The notes under the pieces are model-generated. The model was not told the origin of the DNA and did no database searches. It was given only the letters and a program-made list of their open reading frames with translations. The position numbers and the translations under genes are program-made. Source: Candidatus Bathyarchaeota archaeon (GTDB taxonomy: Archaea > Thermoproteota > Bathyarchaeia > Bathyarchaeales > Bathycorpusculaceae). Taken from it: a stretch of 64,000 nt of DNA. Every line of letters starts with the position of its first letter. Position 1 is the first letter of the stretch. The DNA lies in assembly GCA_963775685.1 (NCBI GenBank), contig CAVZJV010000014.1:1056001-1120000 (forward strand), in the 5' to 3' direction. Shown here piece by piece: positions 40,545-51,549 of this stretch.

Positions 40545-40850
40545 ATGGATACTTACAGTTTAGCAAATTTAGCATTGGATTTAGCAAGCATCATAAACTT
40601 CATCGCTCTACTCTTAATGCTTCGGGCAGTCATAAAAAGCCGAAATGCCCTCCGCGGATACAGCATAATAGGTTCATTCTTAACGTTTGTCTCCATCGTT
40701 GGCTTCGAAATAGCCTATTACCTGTTGGGCAACGTTTTGGGTTTTGCGTTGGGATGGGCAACCGTAGCTTTCTGGTTTACAGCCTTTGTCTATAGCCTAA
40801 GACAACGACTGAAAGGAACCCCAAAACAGAAAGAAATGATTGAGCCTTAA
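40545..40850 (+). CDS. Small 3-TM membrane protein
   Basis: Three hydrophobic segments. Confidence 0.65.
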   Translation: MDTYSLANLALDLASIINFIALLLMLRAVIKSRNALRGYSIIGSFLTFVSIVGFEIAYYLLGNVLGFALGWATVAFWFTAFVYSLRQRLKGTPKQKEMIEP

Positions 40851-42500
40851 TTGGCGGGCAACTTGATTGTGAATTTAGCGCCCTTGCCGACTTTGCTTTC
40901 AAAACTGATATTGCCACCGTGGGCTTCAATAACCCTTTTACAAACAGCTAATCCAAACCCTTGACCACGCGGTTTAGTTGTAAAGAGGGGGGTAAAAATT
41001 TTGTCTCTAAGCACTTCTGGAATCCCAACACCCGAATCTATCACACTAATGGTTACCTCGCATTTAGGGTTAACTCGCCCAGTCAAAGTCAGTCTGCCGC
41101 CATCAGGCATAGCCTGCACCGAGTTTGTTATTAGGTTAATTAGAACACGTTTGAGGAGATGGGGATCAACTTTTATTTGGGGAAAGCCATTTTTGATTAA
41201 TGTTTTTGCAGCAATATTGTCAGGGATGGCAACTGAGGATATGACGTTGGTTACGAGTTCTTTCAGGTTGATTGGTGTTTTATCGATTCGCACTGGTTGC
41301 ACAAAAGCTTGCAAGTCAGAAACAATCTTATCCATGTAAACAGCCTGCTCTTCGATGACTTGAAGGCTCTCCTGCAAACTACTTTTCTCTTCACTCTCGG
41401 GCAGAGAATCAACTGCATTATTGGCAAGGTATAATTCACCGGTTACGGTTTGCAGGGGGTTGCGAAGGTCATGCCCTACCATACCCGCGGTTTGGCCAAT
41501 AGCCGCTAGACGCTCTGAATCTTTTAGTTGCTTGGTGCGGTCCTTAACAATTTTTTCCAGAAAGTCTGCATGCGCTTTAAGGTCTTTTTGCAGTTGTTTT
41601 TGTTCAGAAATGTCACGAACGATTGACCATAAGCCCACTACTTTGCCTTTTCCATCAGTCAATCGCCAAGTTCTGACAGAGGCTGGAAAGACCATGCCAT
41701 CCTTTCGTTTGTATTCTCTTTCGAACACTATGGAATGTCCAGTTAGAAGGACTTTTTTAACTATTTTTTTTCTTTGCTCACGCCATTTCTCTGGTATCAA
41801 TTGCTGAGCGTCTATATACCTAAGTTCTTTTTTGGAGTACCCGAGCATCTTGGCGTAGGCATGGTTGCAATCTATCATTTTCCCATGCAGGTCCCGCGCC
41901 ATGATTCCATCTTGGGTAGTCTCATATAGACGGCGGTACTTCTTTTCTGAAAACAAGAGTTGTTGCTCTGCCTTTTTTTGTTCAGAAAGTTCATGCGCAT
42001 CTTTCTTTTTCTGCTGAGTTATATCCATAAATACTGAAACAAAGAAGGTTTTTTTGGGACAGTAAACGTATATTTGAAGCCACTTATCCGCAGGTTTGTA
42101 GAAGGTTTCAAAATAATCGGGGTCACCCGTGGTGGCCACTTTGCCATAAACGTCAATCCAGTCTATTTGGTCATTTTTATTGCTTGGCATTAAACAGAGC
42201 TGCTTTCTTATCAAGGCGTTCTCTTTTAAAACGATAAATACGTTTGTATGACTTGTTGCCTTCCAAGAGGACATAGTCTATAGGCTTTCCTTTTTGGTCA
42301 TAAATCATTTTATAAACGGCAACGCCTTGTGGAAGATTATCAAATAATGTTTTGAATTGTTGACTGTTTACTCCAAGTTCCTCAAGAGAATCTTTGCTCT
42401 CATCAGACAGCTTTTTGATTTTAGGTAAGGTTTGGGACGAATGGATTAATGGGGGCCTCTGTTTGTTCGCCTTTGGCTGGGTAACATCGATGGAGCCCAC
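40847..42500 (-). CDS. PAS-PAS histidine kinase, frameshifted near 42200 (start approximate)
   Basis: PAS (FDNLPQGVAVY; YETTQDGI), H-box VGHDLRNPL, N-box NSVQAM, DSGVGI, FTTK, GFGL. Confidence 0.88.
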
Positions 42501-42594
42501 TATCTTTACCCCCAAGCCATTATTGAATGAAATGCATAAAAGACTTTCTAATGTCTTGCCTAACAATAAACTACGGATAAAATGATTACATAAT

Positions 42595-43518
42595 TTACCC
42601 ATGCAAGCCATTTCTTTTTAAAATAATCTCGATCAAATAAGAGAAAGTGCCATTGGTCGGTCGCATAGAATAGCTTAATCCTGCCCACGAAAACCGATTC
42701 CTTGTTTGCTCCCAACCCCTAAAAAGCTGGGCACCAACGCATTTTTGTAGGCTGAAAGAGATTTGCCCATTTTCGCTCTGTAAAGAAGCGTTGTCAGCTA
42801 CAACTATTTCCCAAGCACCAATCTTGTTACCGTGAAGAGTTAAAGCGTTTGAATCAGCGTATTTTTGGAAGACACTGGATCCTTGCTCGTTTAAAACCAG
42901 GGCTTCTACAGAGTTGTTTAGGTTTATTCTTGAGAAGTCTACTTGGACGTTGATTGCTGTAGGTCGGCAATGATAGATTACTGTTACAGTTCCACGGGGT
43001 TTAACGATGACAAATTCAGTTTTTATATTTGCTAAATCTCGCAGTTCCATAAATTTATTGAAGAGCGGAATTAGTTTTTTGTGTTTAAGGTACAACAATT
43101 GGAAGGTTTTTCTTAAAGGCGTATAGAGGCTGTCATCTATGTAGCTGTTTTGCCCAAACTTCTTGAGTGAAACCGTATCTAGAGTAAAAGTCTTAGTTAC
43201 CCAAAAAGAGGATCCTTTTTTTTGGATTGACAGGTCCGCTGTTTGGGAGAAAAACGTTTTATCCTTGTATTTAACGATTGGAACTCCAAAGCCTACCCCT
43301 TCCTCAATCAACTCCCTACCATCCAGTAAGAGCACAAGCCCTTTTTGAAGGCGGCCAGTCTCCAAGCACTTCGGTCTGGAGTCCTTGTAGGCCCTAACAG
43401 ATAAGCGGTCTGTCAACTGTAGGGTAATCGTTTCTGTAGAATCCAAAGAATTTGAATATACGGTTGTTTGGAGCTGGTTCAAGTTTAACACCGCGCATAG
43501 TTTTAAAATAAGCGTCAA
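42595..43518 (-). CDS. Hypothetical beta-rich protein
   Basis: 307-aa ORF with conserved-looking EEGVGFGVP, LNEQG and GWE motifs. Confidence 0.65.
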   Translation of the reverse strand: MTLILKLCAVLNLNQLQTTVYSNSLDSTETITLQLTDRLSVRAYKDSRPKCLETGRLQKGLVLLLDGRELIEEGVGFGVPIVKYKDKTFFSQTADLSIQKKGSSFWVTKTFTLDTVSLKKFGQNSYIDDSLYTPLRKTFQLLYLKHKKLIPLFNKFMELRDLANIKTEFVIVKPRGTVTVIYHCRPTAINVQVDFSRINLNNSVEALVLNEQGSSVFQKYADSNALTLHGNKIGAWEIVVADNASLQSENGQISFSLQKCVGAQLFRGWEQTRNRFSWAGLSYSMRPTNGTFSYLIEIILKRNGLHG

Positions 43519-43776
43519 AGCAATAAGTTAGAAAGGCACTCAATATTTAATAAGATATGACTACTTAACATTGAAGTGACAATTAAACTAACACATTGTT
43601 AATTTCTATGTTACAATAAATAGACGGAGTTAAAATTTGTGTCATGTGATTTTTTATGGTAGTTTGGATATTCACTTCGCTGCTTTTAATCAAAATCTAC
43701 GTTTATACTGCAAATAACAGAGTGACATACATTGTTGATAGGCTAAAAGAAAAATTTTGTAAACTAAGAAATAAGA

Positions 43777-44979
43777 TTGACATATCCCGAGGAAGAAATA
43801 ATCTTGATACTCCTTAATTACATATGGATCCTTTGGATAATTGGTATGCCAATATACTTCACATTGGCATATGAGATAATAAGATATAGAAAATTTTTAA
43901 TTAAGAAGACGTTTGTGCCTATCAATCCAAAAAGAGTAATATTCCAGATAACTACGATCGGCAATATGGAAATTGTGCAAGAGTCAATTCACAACATTGA
44001 CCGGATTTGCGAAGAAGTTGGATATAACAATTACAACATATGCGTAGTTTCGGAAGTAAAGGAAACATTTAGTGGTGCATTTACATTAACTGTTCCTCAA
44101 AATTATTCGACAACTAATAAAGCCAAATACAAAGCTAGAGCACTACATTATGCAGTAGAACAAAGGGAGAAAAACGAAGAAAACACGGCTGACATTTGGA
44201 TATACCACCTTGACGATGAATCAATGATCACAAAGCAAGGGCTATTGTCAATTCTGGATCATATTGATAATAATCGGCAGCCAATAGCAGAAGGATTAAT
44301 CACATATCCAAATAAAATTAATTTCGGCAGTAAACTGGTTAAATATTTAGATTGCGTCAGACCAACATTTTGCTACACCTGTTGCGCCATGTTAAAATCA
44401 CAAGGAAAACCTGATTGGTTACATGGCTCAAATCTACTTTTAAGAGCAGACATAGAGAAGAGTATTGGTTGGGATTTCCCCAACACCTGCGCAGAAGACA
44501 GCTTGTTTGGCTATGTCGCATACAAGAAGTATGGAGGAATCTTTGGTTGGCACGGTGGGGTTCTAGAAGAACAATCACCGTTTACGTTTTCCGACTTCAT
44601 CAAGCAACGACAGAGATGGATAAAGGGAAACATTGAAAACTTAAGCAGACTGGGGATGTGGGAAAAGGTCAAAGCTACATACAGATTGGCTAGTTGGTTT
44701 TTAGGAGCAGTAAGTTTTTTTGCATTATTACCTTCGTTTTTCATAACACAGTCATATCCCTGGTACATGATCCCCTTCTTTGTTTTAGACACCTTGATTC
44801 TATTTGGCGTCTATCAAATAGGACTCGAGATGAACTTTGCCAAACTCAATAGGAAACAAAGAATTTTTGAACACTTTAAAGTACTGGTCATTTCACCAAC
44901 ACTTTGGTTTCTAGAAGCAGTCCCCATGGCATTGTACTTTTTTAAAAAAGCACCAAAGTTTTATGTAATTAAGAAGTAA
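43777..44979 (+). CDS. Membrane GT2 glycosyltransferase, Egghead/Bre-3 beta-1,4-mannosyltransferase-like
   Basis: KYKARALHYA, WIYHLDDES, HGSNLL, AEDSLFG, EQSP...QRQRW. Confidence 0.8.
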   Translation: MTYPEEEIILILLNYIWILWIIGMPIYFTLAYEIIRYRKFLIKKTFVPINPKRVIFQITTIGNMEIVQESIHNIDRICEEVGYNNYNICVVSEVKETFSGAFTLTVPQNYSTTNKAKYKARALHYAVEQREKNEENTADIWIYHLDDESMITKQGLLSILDHIDNNRQPIAEGLITYPNKINFGSKLVKYLDCVRPTFCYTCCAMLKSQGKPDWLHGSNLLLRADIEKSIGWDFPNTCAEDSLFGYVAYKKYGGIFGWHGGVLEEQSPFTFSDFIKQRQRWIKGNIENLSRLGMWEKVKATYRLASWFLGAVSFFALLPSFFITQSYPWYMIPFFVLDTLILFGVYQIGLEMNFAKLNRKQRIFEHFKVLVISPTLWFLEAVPMALYFFKKAPKFYVIKK

Positions 44980-45184
44980 CCGGTAACAAAAACAAAAATG
45001 CGAGCTATATCATTCTGAATTTAGCATACGCATGTTTCTCCTGCAATTTTGGAAAAACCCGAAAAGTTATTGGACCTTCTATCTATTAGAAAAACATGCT
45101 CGAACCTCATCTTGAAAATTCTGAAAACCCCTTGCTCGAACAGGCAAATTGTAGTGTATTTTTAATACTTCATATTCAATACAC

Positions 45185-46249
45185 TTGGCGATGACTAAGA
45201 AAGCAAACAATAAAAAGAAAACAGCCTTGGCGTGGACAATTACGCTAATTTCATTAGTGACAATATTCTCCATTCTGACAACTTTATTCTTACAACCAAC
45301 CTGTAGAATAAACACTCAAACAACTCTTAACCAAAGTCCAAAAAAATCGTCAATTCCAACAAGATTAACAGACCTCAATGAAACAACAAACAGAATGGAG
45401 GCATCTAATTCTTACATCAATTACTCTTTGGCACCCAACAACCCAACACCTATTTCTTTAGATGATCCAAAATCTTCAACAAATAAACAACCAGACCCAA
45501 ATCAACTATTTTATTCATTTCTCCACAACATAAATCATGACCAAACGGCAGCATCAACCGCCACTCCTCTGACAAGTGATACACACGCCAACGAAACACA
45601 AAGTTTGAATTCAAATAACCTTAATAACAACGACCCCTCAGCACCCATTCTCACAGTACCCACTCCGCTGGACCCCTTAAATTTCACCACATACATGTAT
45701 GGCGGCAATTCAGATCAACATTCAAATCAAGGACAACTCTTTTCATTCCCAAATAATACGGATCAGGGAAAATTAGCTGGAACGGATGCCATCACTTTCG
45801 GCAATTACGTAATTCAAAAGATGGATTTTGACGCAGAGTTTGTGACACCCGAAATCAACGCACTTGGATTTGATGAAATGGTAATCTTTGCGGCAACAGA
45901 CATCGCAACCTACAAGGGAATAGAATTTGGGATAAGATTGGACTTAGGTAATGGCTACATCTATGGTTATATTCAAGAACCAAATGGCAACTATGGAAAG
46001 GTTAATTTTCAGATGTGGAAGCTAATGCTTAACGATGGAATAATGCATCATTACACCTTAATTATGCTGGGTTCAGGAGTCTCATTTTGTATTGACGGAT
46101 CAAACTATGGTTATCTGAATTTTATCAGCAAAACAAACTATTCCAATCTTAACTTTTCTATTCTAGCGGTCGTTCATAGATTTACGGATAACTGGGACTC
46201 CACTGGCGACTATATGAAGGTGGAAAACTTGTTTCTTAATGAGCAATAA
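45185..46249 (+). CDS. N-terminally anchored extracellular protein, S/T/N-rich stalk plus ConA/LamG-like beta domain
   Basis: N-terminal TM, low-complexity linker, DGIMHHYTL...VSFCIDG. Confidence 0.6.
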   Translation: MAMTKKANNKKKTALAWTITLISLVTIFSILTTLFLQPTCRINTQTTLNQSPKKSSIPTRLTDLNETTNRMEASNSYINYSLAPNNPTPISLDDPKSSTNKQPDPNQLFYSFLHNINHDQTAASTATPLTSDTHANETQSLNSNNLNNNDPSAPILTVPTPLDPLNFTTYMYGGNSDQHSNQGQLFSFPNNTDQGKLAGTDAITFGNYVIQKMDFDAEFVTPEINALGFDEMVIFAATDIATYKGIEFGIRLDLGNGYIYGYIQEPNGNYGKVNFQMWKLMLNDGIMHHYTLIMLGSGVSFCIDGSNYGYLNFISKTNYSNLNFSILAVVHRFTDNWDSTGDYMKVENLFLNEQ

Positions 46250-46273
46250 GAAAGAACTCCTACAATCGGAAGA

Positions 46274-47584
46274 CTATATTTTTTGAAGTTTTCCAATATC
46301 AGAGCTAACGGCATCGCTTGGCTTTCGTGTTAGGATTTTTATTACTAATCGCCATGCGAAAAACTGCCAAACAACTGCAACGATAAACTTACCAAGAAGC
46401 CTCCAGAATCGAATCGACTGATCTAACTGAGCCAAATTCGTTATAACAGATGGAGAAACTAGGAAGAACAGTTGCTGGGTCGAAGTGTTGAGGAACATAA
46501 AGACGAGAGGAATCAGCCATAGAAAGGCAAAATTGTGGAAACTCATCTCCTTAGCAATAACCGTTAATAGCGCTAACGAAATTATCAAGTTGAGGTTCGG
46601 TTCGGAGAGCCATGTTCGGGTAAGGAAAAAGATTAGTAATAACATTACTGCTTTTTCTGATAGGTCGGGCATCGTTTTTGGAGGGTTACGGTAGACAAAG
46701 TAGTAACCTATCAGTAATGCTGGTATCCAAAGGTACCCAAGAAATTCAAGACCAGTAGGCAACACTGTGGTGTTTTGGATGATTTCCACTATGTTGAAGA
46801 GGGTCATGCTGTCAGCCATCTTAAAATAAGCTGTCACCTGCCCAGGTGATGAGGGTACCATCCACCCCATCAGATTAAACGGCAAGAACCAAAGTCCAAT
46901 AATCATGCCAAACAGAATTACGAGATAGAGCAGGTTTTTTCGGGGGTTTTTTGGGGTGGAAAAAAACAGGGGCAACCCGATTAATGGAAGAGCTATGGGT
47001 TTTAAAACGATGCTTAACGACAACAGTATTGAACTTTTGACAATTCCGCCTCTCGTTAAGAGGTAAAGTGAAGCCATGCATAAGAGCGCTATTAGAGTGT
47101 CGAACTCTCCCCATGCTGTGGTGGTAAGTAAGGTGAAGGGATTAAACAACAGAAAAAGCCACGCAAAGTAAACCCTTTTTGGGGGCATGTTTAGGTTTTC
47201 CATGATAGTTTTAGTTACATAAGCCAGGGCGATGTTGGCGACGATGACAGGGAGTTTTATGGCAAAGTTGTAGAGGAAAATGTTGGGCATAAGATTGTAG
47301 GAAAGTCGGTAGATTGCTCCCAAAAGCAGCGGCCAAACCGGCGGATATCCAATTATGGGGTTTACGCCGATTAGGTATGGGTTAGAGAAAATGGAGATGA
47401 CATGAGGTATGTATGGATTCAACCCGGCGCTTACCAAGTACCCAGTATCGAGGAAAGAGCGCTCATCATAGTAGTGCCCCAGAAAAACAGCCAAAGGCAC
47501 CTGCACCAAAACGCTTAGGACAACTGCTATTAATTCGCGATGAAGCTTGAGCGCTAATAAGATGCTTGTTCTCAAAAAAAGCAA
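46274..47584 (-). CDS. GT-C fold glycosyltransferase (GT87/PIG-M-like)
   Basis: GHYYDE, GYPPVW, IKLP, FLLFNPF, WGEFD; polytopic. Confidence 0.78.
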   Translation of the reverse strand: MLFLRTSILLALKLHRELIAVVLSVLVQVPLAVFLGHYYDERSFLDTGYLVSAGLNPYIPHVISIFSNPYLIGVNPIIGYPPVWPLLLGAIYRLSYNLMPNIFLYNFAIKLPVIVANIALAYVTKTIMENLNMPPKRVYFAWLFLLFNPFTLLTTTAWGEFDTLIALLCMASLYLLTRGGIVKSSILLSLSIVLKPIALPLIGLPLFFSTPKNPRKNLLYLVILFGMIIGLWFLPFNLMGWMVPSSPGQVTAYFKMADSMTLFNIVEIIQNTTVLPTGLEFLGYLWIPALLIGYYFVYRNPPKTMPDLSEKAVMLLLIFFLTRTWLSEPNLNLIISLALLTVIAKEMSFHNFAFLWLIPLVFMFLNTSTQQLFFLVSPSVITNLAQLDQSIRFWRLLGKFIVAVVWQFFAWRLVIKILTRKPSDAVSSDIGKLQKI

Positions 47585-47724
47585 CCGACAATAAACTAAA
47601 TGGAAAGTTGGTTATAAAGAAAAAGACAAAAGCTAACGTATAAAATGGTTCAGTCGAGTGTTTTTGGGTTTTATTTTAGAAATAGTCATATGGTTGAGTT
47701 ACGGATTGTATTTGCGAAGTTTAC

Positions 47725-48915
47725 ATGCCTACTAATCTGCCGCCAGAAGCGATGGATAAATGGGAGCTGATTGAGGCTGCCAAGACTCCTAAAGAAAAAA
47801 TGGAAGCCATGATTGAGTTCCTAAAGTATGTTCCGCATCACAAAGGCACTATGAAGTTACGCGGCGAAATGAATAGGAAAATTGCAACAATTCGAGATGA
47901 CTTGGAGAATAAGAGGCGGAAAGGCACAGGCAAGAGTAGCGGTGGACCCAAACTTTTCATTGAAAAAGGCGCTTCAGCTCAGGTAGCGCTAATCGGCATG
48001 ACTAATGTGGGCAAAAGCTGCCTCATGAACGCAACTACAAACTCGAAAGTGCAGGTAACCCCAACACCGTTTAGCACCCATGAACCAGTACCGGGCATCA
48101 TGAATTATTTGGATGTGCAGTTTCAGATTGTGGAGGCACCCGCCGTCATGGAGGGCGCAGCAGAGGGGAAAGCAGGTGGAAACGTTACGTTGGGGTTGGC
48201 AAGGAATGCTGATGGCGTAATTTTGATGCTTGATTTGTCCCGTGACCCTGTGGCGCAGTTGGACTTGATTTTGGCAGAACTTGAGAAGACCCGTGTTTTG
48301 GTAAGTAAGCCTAGTGGCGGTCGCGTGGAAATCGAGAGGCGCTCTGCTGGTGCGCGGCTTAGGGTTATTGTTGTGGGTAGACTCATCGACTGCAGCATGC
48401 GAGACATCGAGGAATTGGTGAGAAACTACAAAATCAACGACGCCATCATCCGCATAAGCGGAGATGTAACCCTAAGCGACGTAGAGGACGCCATATACGA
48501 AAACACCATCTACAAACCCGCAGTAGTCGTCGCCAACAAACTTGACTTACCGGGCACAGCAACTAATCTGCAGCATCTGAAGCAACATGTAAAAGGCAAA
48601 CTACCCATCGTTCCGATGTCTTGCGAATACAAACTTGGCATGCAAGAACTAGGAAAAGCCATCTTTGAATCCATAGGAATTATCCGCGTCTACACAAAAG
48701 AACCTGGCAACAAAATACATAGCGACCACCCGTTTCCCCTAAGAAAAGGCGCCACAGTTAACGAACTCGCCAAAAACATCCACAAAGAACTTATGATGAA
48801 CTTCATGTTTGCTATGGTTTGGGCAAAGCGCCTACCGTTTAGTCCCAAAAAAGTTGGGTTAAATTTTGTTTTAGATGATGGCGACATAATTGAAATTCAC
48901 GCCAGAATAGCTTAA
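47725..48915 (+). CDS. DRG/OBG-family GTPase with TGS domain
   Basis: MPTNLPPEA, PHHKGT, GMTNVGKS, NKLD, IRVYTKEPG...GDIIEIH. Confidence 0.9.
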   Translation: MPTNLPPEAMDKWELIEAAKTPKEKMEAMIEFLKYVPHHKGTMKLRGEMNRKIATIRDDLENKRRKGTGKSSGGPKLFIEKGASAQVALIGMTNVGKSCLMNATTNSKVQVTPTPFSTHEPVPGIMNYLDVQFQIVEAPAVMEGAAEGKAGGNVTLGLARNADGVILMLDLSRDPVAQLDLILAELEKTRVLVSKPSGGRVEIERRSAGARLRVIVVGRLIDCSMRDIEELVRNYKINDAIIRISGDVTLSDVEDAIYENTIYKPAVVVANKLDLPGTATNLQHLKQHVKGKLPIVPMSCEYKLGMQELGKAIFESIGIIRVYTKEPGNKIHSDHPFPLRKGATVNELAKNIHKELMMNFMFAMVWAKRLPFSPKKVGLNFVLDDGDIIEIHARIA

Positions 48916-48984
48916 AACGAATTACAACCTAAAAAAAATTGCTAAATTTAAAAAAATAACAAAGTTAAAGAAATTGATGGCAGT

Positions 48985-49584
48985 TTATCTGCTGGATTGT
49001 GCAACACGTTCAATTTCGTTGCGTTTGGCGATGGCGACACTCTTTATGTCTTTGTTAGCGGCGAGAACAAGTTCGTCGGCGAGGGTTTCTTGAATGCTAC
49101 GCGGGTTGTTCTTGCTTGAGGCACGTGCGCCTTCAGTGATGTGACGTATGGCAAGGTCAATTCTACGTTGCGGAGCAACGTCTACGGACAAGTGATAGAC
49201 AACTCCACCGTAGCTGACACGGGTTGTGTCTTCGCAGGGACTGCTGTTTTCGACTGCTTGCACAAGGACCTCAACTGGGTTTTTGTTTGTGCGTAGGTTG
49301 ATGATTTCAAAGGTTTCTTTAACGAAGTTGGTTGCTTTGGCTTTTTTGCCGCTGTTTTTACCAGACCGCATTAACCCGTTGATCAAGCGCTCAACGATGT
49401 TGACTTTGGCTTTGCGGAAGCGTTGGTGTTCGTGGCGTCCCATACTGTGTGGGGCAACCATCGGGGTTAAGTTGAGGTAACGTTGCAGACCGATATCTTT
49501 GACTGTGATGTCTTTGAAGCTCCATTTCTGGAACAGCTTAATTTCCGACGGTTGAGATGAAACTGTGGATGTTGTTTGTGACAT
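48985..49584 (-). CDS. rps7: 30S ribosomal protein S7
   Basis: PHSMGRH...GKKAKA...VDVAPQRRID...ERVAQSSR. Confidence 0.98.
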   Translation of the reverse strand: MSQTTSTVSSQPSEIKLFQKWSFKDITVKDIGLQRYLNLTPMVAPHSMGRHEHQRFRKAKVNIVERLINGLMRSGKNSGKKAKATNFVKETFEIINLRTNKNPVEVLVQAVENSSPCEDTTRVSYGGVVYHLSVDVAPQRRIDLAIRHITEGARASSKNNPRSIQETLADELVLAANKDIKSVAIAKRNEIERVAQSSR

Positions 49585-49589
49585 AAAAT

Positions 49590-50030
49590 CTACCTTGCTG
49601 GTTTTTGTTTTCGCCCGTAGACGAGTTCGTTTAGGCTTACGCCGTTAACCATTACGACTTTCCAGCGTACACCTGGAATGTCTCCCATTGCGCCGCCTCT
49701 TGTTCCACCGATACCTTCTACGACAACTTCGTCGTGTTCGTCAACTACGTTGAGAGCGCCGTCACCGGGCAGGAACGCTGTTATGGTTCTGCCGTTTTTG
49801 ATGAGCTGTGTGCGGACACATTTGCGAATGGCGCTGTTAGGCTGTTTAGACTCGACACCTACCTTTTCAAGCACGATGCCACGGCTTTGGGGTGCACCCT
49901 GCATAGGGTCAACTTTCTCATCTAACATAAGCATACGTCGGTTAAAGTAGCGATCTGACCAACGGAAATTCTTCCGCTTCTTTGCTAGTTGCCTTGCGGC
50001 AAATTCGCCTCTTGGAGACTTGGAACCCAT
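49590..50030 (-). CDS. rps12: 30S ribosomal protein S12
   Basis: [20 protein letters not shown]. Confidence 0.98.
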   Translation of the reverse strand: MGSKSPRGEFAARQLAKKRKNFRWSDRYFNRRMLMLDEKVDPMQGAPQSRGIVLEKVGVESKQPNSAIRKCVRTQLIKNGRTITAFLPGDGALNVVDEHDEVVVEGIGGTRGGAMGDIPGVRWKVVMVNGVSLNELVYGRKQKPAR

Positions 50031-50494
50031 TCTTCAGTTATTCCTTCTTTTTGCACATGCATAGTCATGACACTAATATTTAAACAACACGAAGCAAGGT
50101 ATGAACAAATTCCAAAAACTCTTCATGTCATATGCAAAAAAGATAGTGTAGTCGTGAAACTACCTCTTTGGATACATACTCGAGAATTGTCCCCACTTCA
50201 CTTGCATACTATAGAAGAAATGGGTCTCGTATGTTGAAATAAGCTAGTCGAATTCATTTTGTAAAAGAAAATACCCTCATATTGAGGTTCTATTGGAGGG
50301 CTGGCGGTCAGGCTATGAAGATTATGGAGAGAGCCTCAATTTTTCCCACCGGCAAAGAGGTAAAGTACACCTGGAGCATTAGTGTGAATTTTGGCATTTA
50401 AGCCCCAAGCAGCCCGAGTCGGCTGAAGCAGAGCAAGTGGTTTCCCCAGAAAAGCTTTAAGCTTATCTTTGTATTTACTGGGCAGGGTATAATT

Positions 50495-50599
50495 ATGGAA
50501 AAGAAATGTCCCGTCTGCAAAAAAAAATACACCACCTTTGACGCTAAATCGAAGTATTGTAGCGATGCCTGCGCTAAAAAAGGTGGCAAATCAAAGTAG
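50495..50599 (+). CDS. 34-aa zinc-finger micro-protein
   Basis: MEKKCPVCKKKYTTFDAKSKYCSDACAKKGGKSK*; CxxC...YCSxxC. Confidence 0.65.
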   Translation: MEKKCPVCKKKYTTFDAKSKYCSDACAKKGGKSK

Positions 50600-50679
50600 A
50601 GTGATCTGCCAAAAGACTCAGTTTTTCAGAATTAGAGCGGCAGCTACTGTAGCGAACGTTTTTAGAAGAAAAATTTTGG

Positions 50680-50850
50680 TCAGGTGGCGGCTATTTTTCG
50701 GAGGGCTTTTTTCTCTATATCTTGGCATTCGTCGCAGAGGTCATGGGTTGGTCGACTGGCGCGTTTTTGGATAACAACGCAGGGGTACTGTTTGCAGTTT
50801 TTGTAGTAGTGCCATCTGTCAGGTTCAGGTCCCTTAACATACTCACTCAT
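50680..50850 (-). CDS. 56-aa putative metal-binding micro-protein
   Basis: MSEYVKGPEPDRWHYYKNCKQYP...RP.HDLCDEC; H/C ligand pattern. Confidence 0.6.
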   Translation of the reverse strand: MSEYVKGPEPDRWHYYKNCKQYPCVVIQKRASRPTHDLCDECQDIEKKALRKIAAT

Positions 50851-50896
50851 CCTAACAGTCCTCTATGGTATAATGGGCGCTGCAAATATTTCTGGT

Positions 50897-51544
50897 TTAT
50901 GTAGGTGTACAAAAATGGAAATAAGGTTTGAGCGACAATTTGGGTTTTCTTATTTTGAAATCAAGAAAAAGCCCCACTTCTCCAAACAAATTAGGCAAAA
51001 ACTTCACTGTACGATTCCTCGAAATAAACACAGCATCTTCTATGGTTATGTGAGTTTTTTTGCAGTATGCTTTGAAGTCTGCGAAGCTGAGGAAGTGAAG
51101 GTTAGGGGTGTCATACCATTCATAGGGCAGTGAGGGAGTAACGGGAACTTTTCCGCGGAAAAAGATTTGGAATCGGCTGGTGATGTAGCAAAAGTTGGGG
51201 AAGCCAACGATGACTTTTTTTCCCACACGAAGAGCTTCTTTTATGGCAGAATCTGGTTTTCTTACCTGCTGCAACGTCTGGTTTAGGATAACATAGTCCA
51301 CGTTTTTGTCGGAGTATTCAGTTAAGCCTGTGTCGATGTCCTGTTGAAAAACGCTCAGGCCAGCTGCAACACAGTTGTGAACGGCGTGTTCACTGAGTTC
51401 AACTCCTTGAGCATGAATTTGCTTGTTCCTTATCAATAATGAAAGAAGTTCGCCGTCGCCGCACCCCAAATCCAAGACAGATGCTCCGCTTATGATCCAA
51501 CTTGAAATGACTTTGTGCTCTGTCGCGCGGGTTTGCTTAGTCAT
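50897..51544 (-). CDS. metW: Methionine biosynthesis protein MetW (C-terminus probably extended by an indel)
   Basis: VLDLGCGDGEL, DYVILNQTLQ, YEWYDTPNLH; follows metX. Confidence 0.93.
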   Translation of the reverse strand: MTKQTRATEHKVISSWIISGASVLDLGCGDGELLSLLIRNKQIHAQGVELSEHAVHNCVAAGLSVFQQDIDTGLTEYSDKNVDYVILNQTLQQVRKPDSAIKEALRVGKKVIVGFPNFCYITSRFQIFFRGKVPVTPSLPYEWYDTPNLHFLSFADFKAYCKKTHITIEDAVFISRNRTVKFLPNLFGEVGLFLDFKIRKPKLSLKPYFHFCTPT

Positions 51545-51549
51545 AGTGT

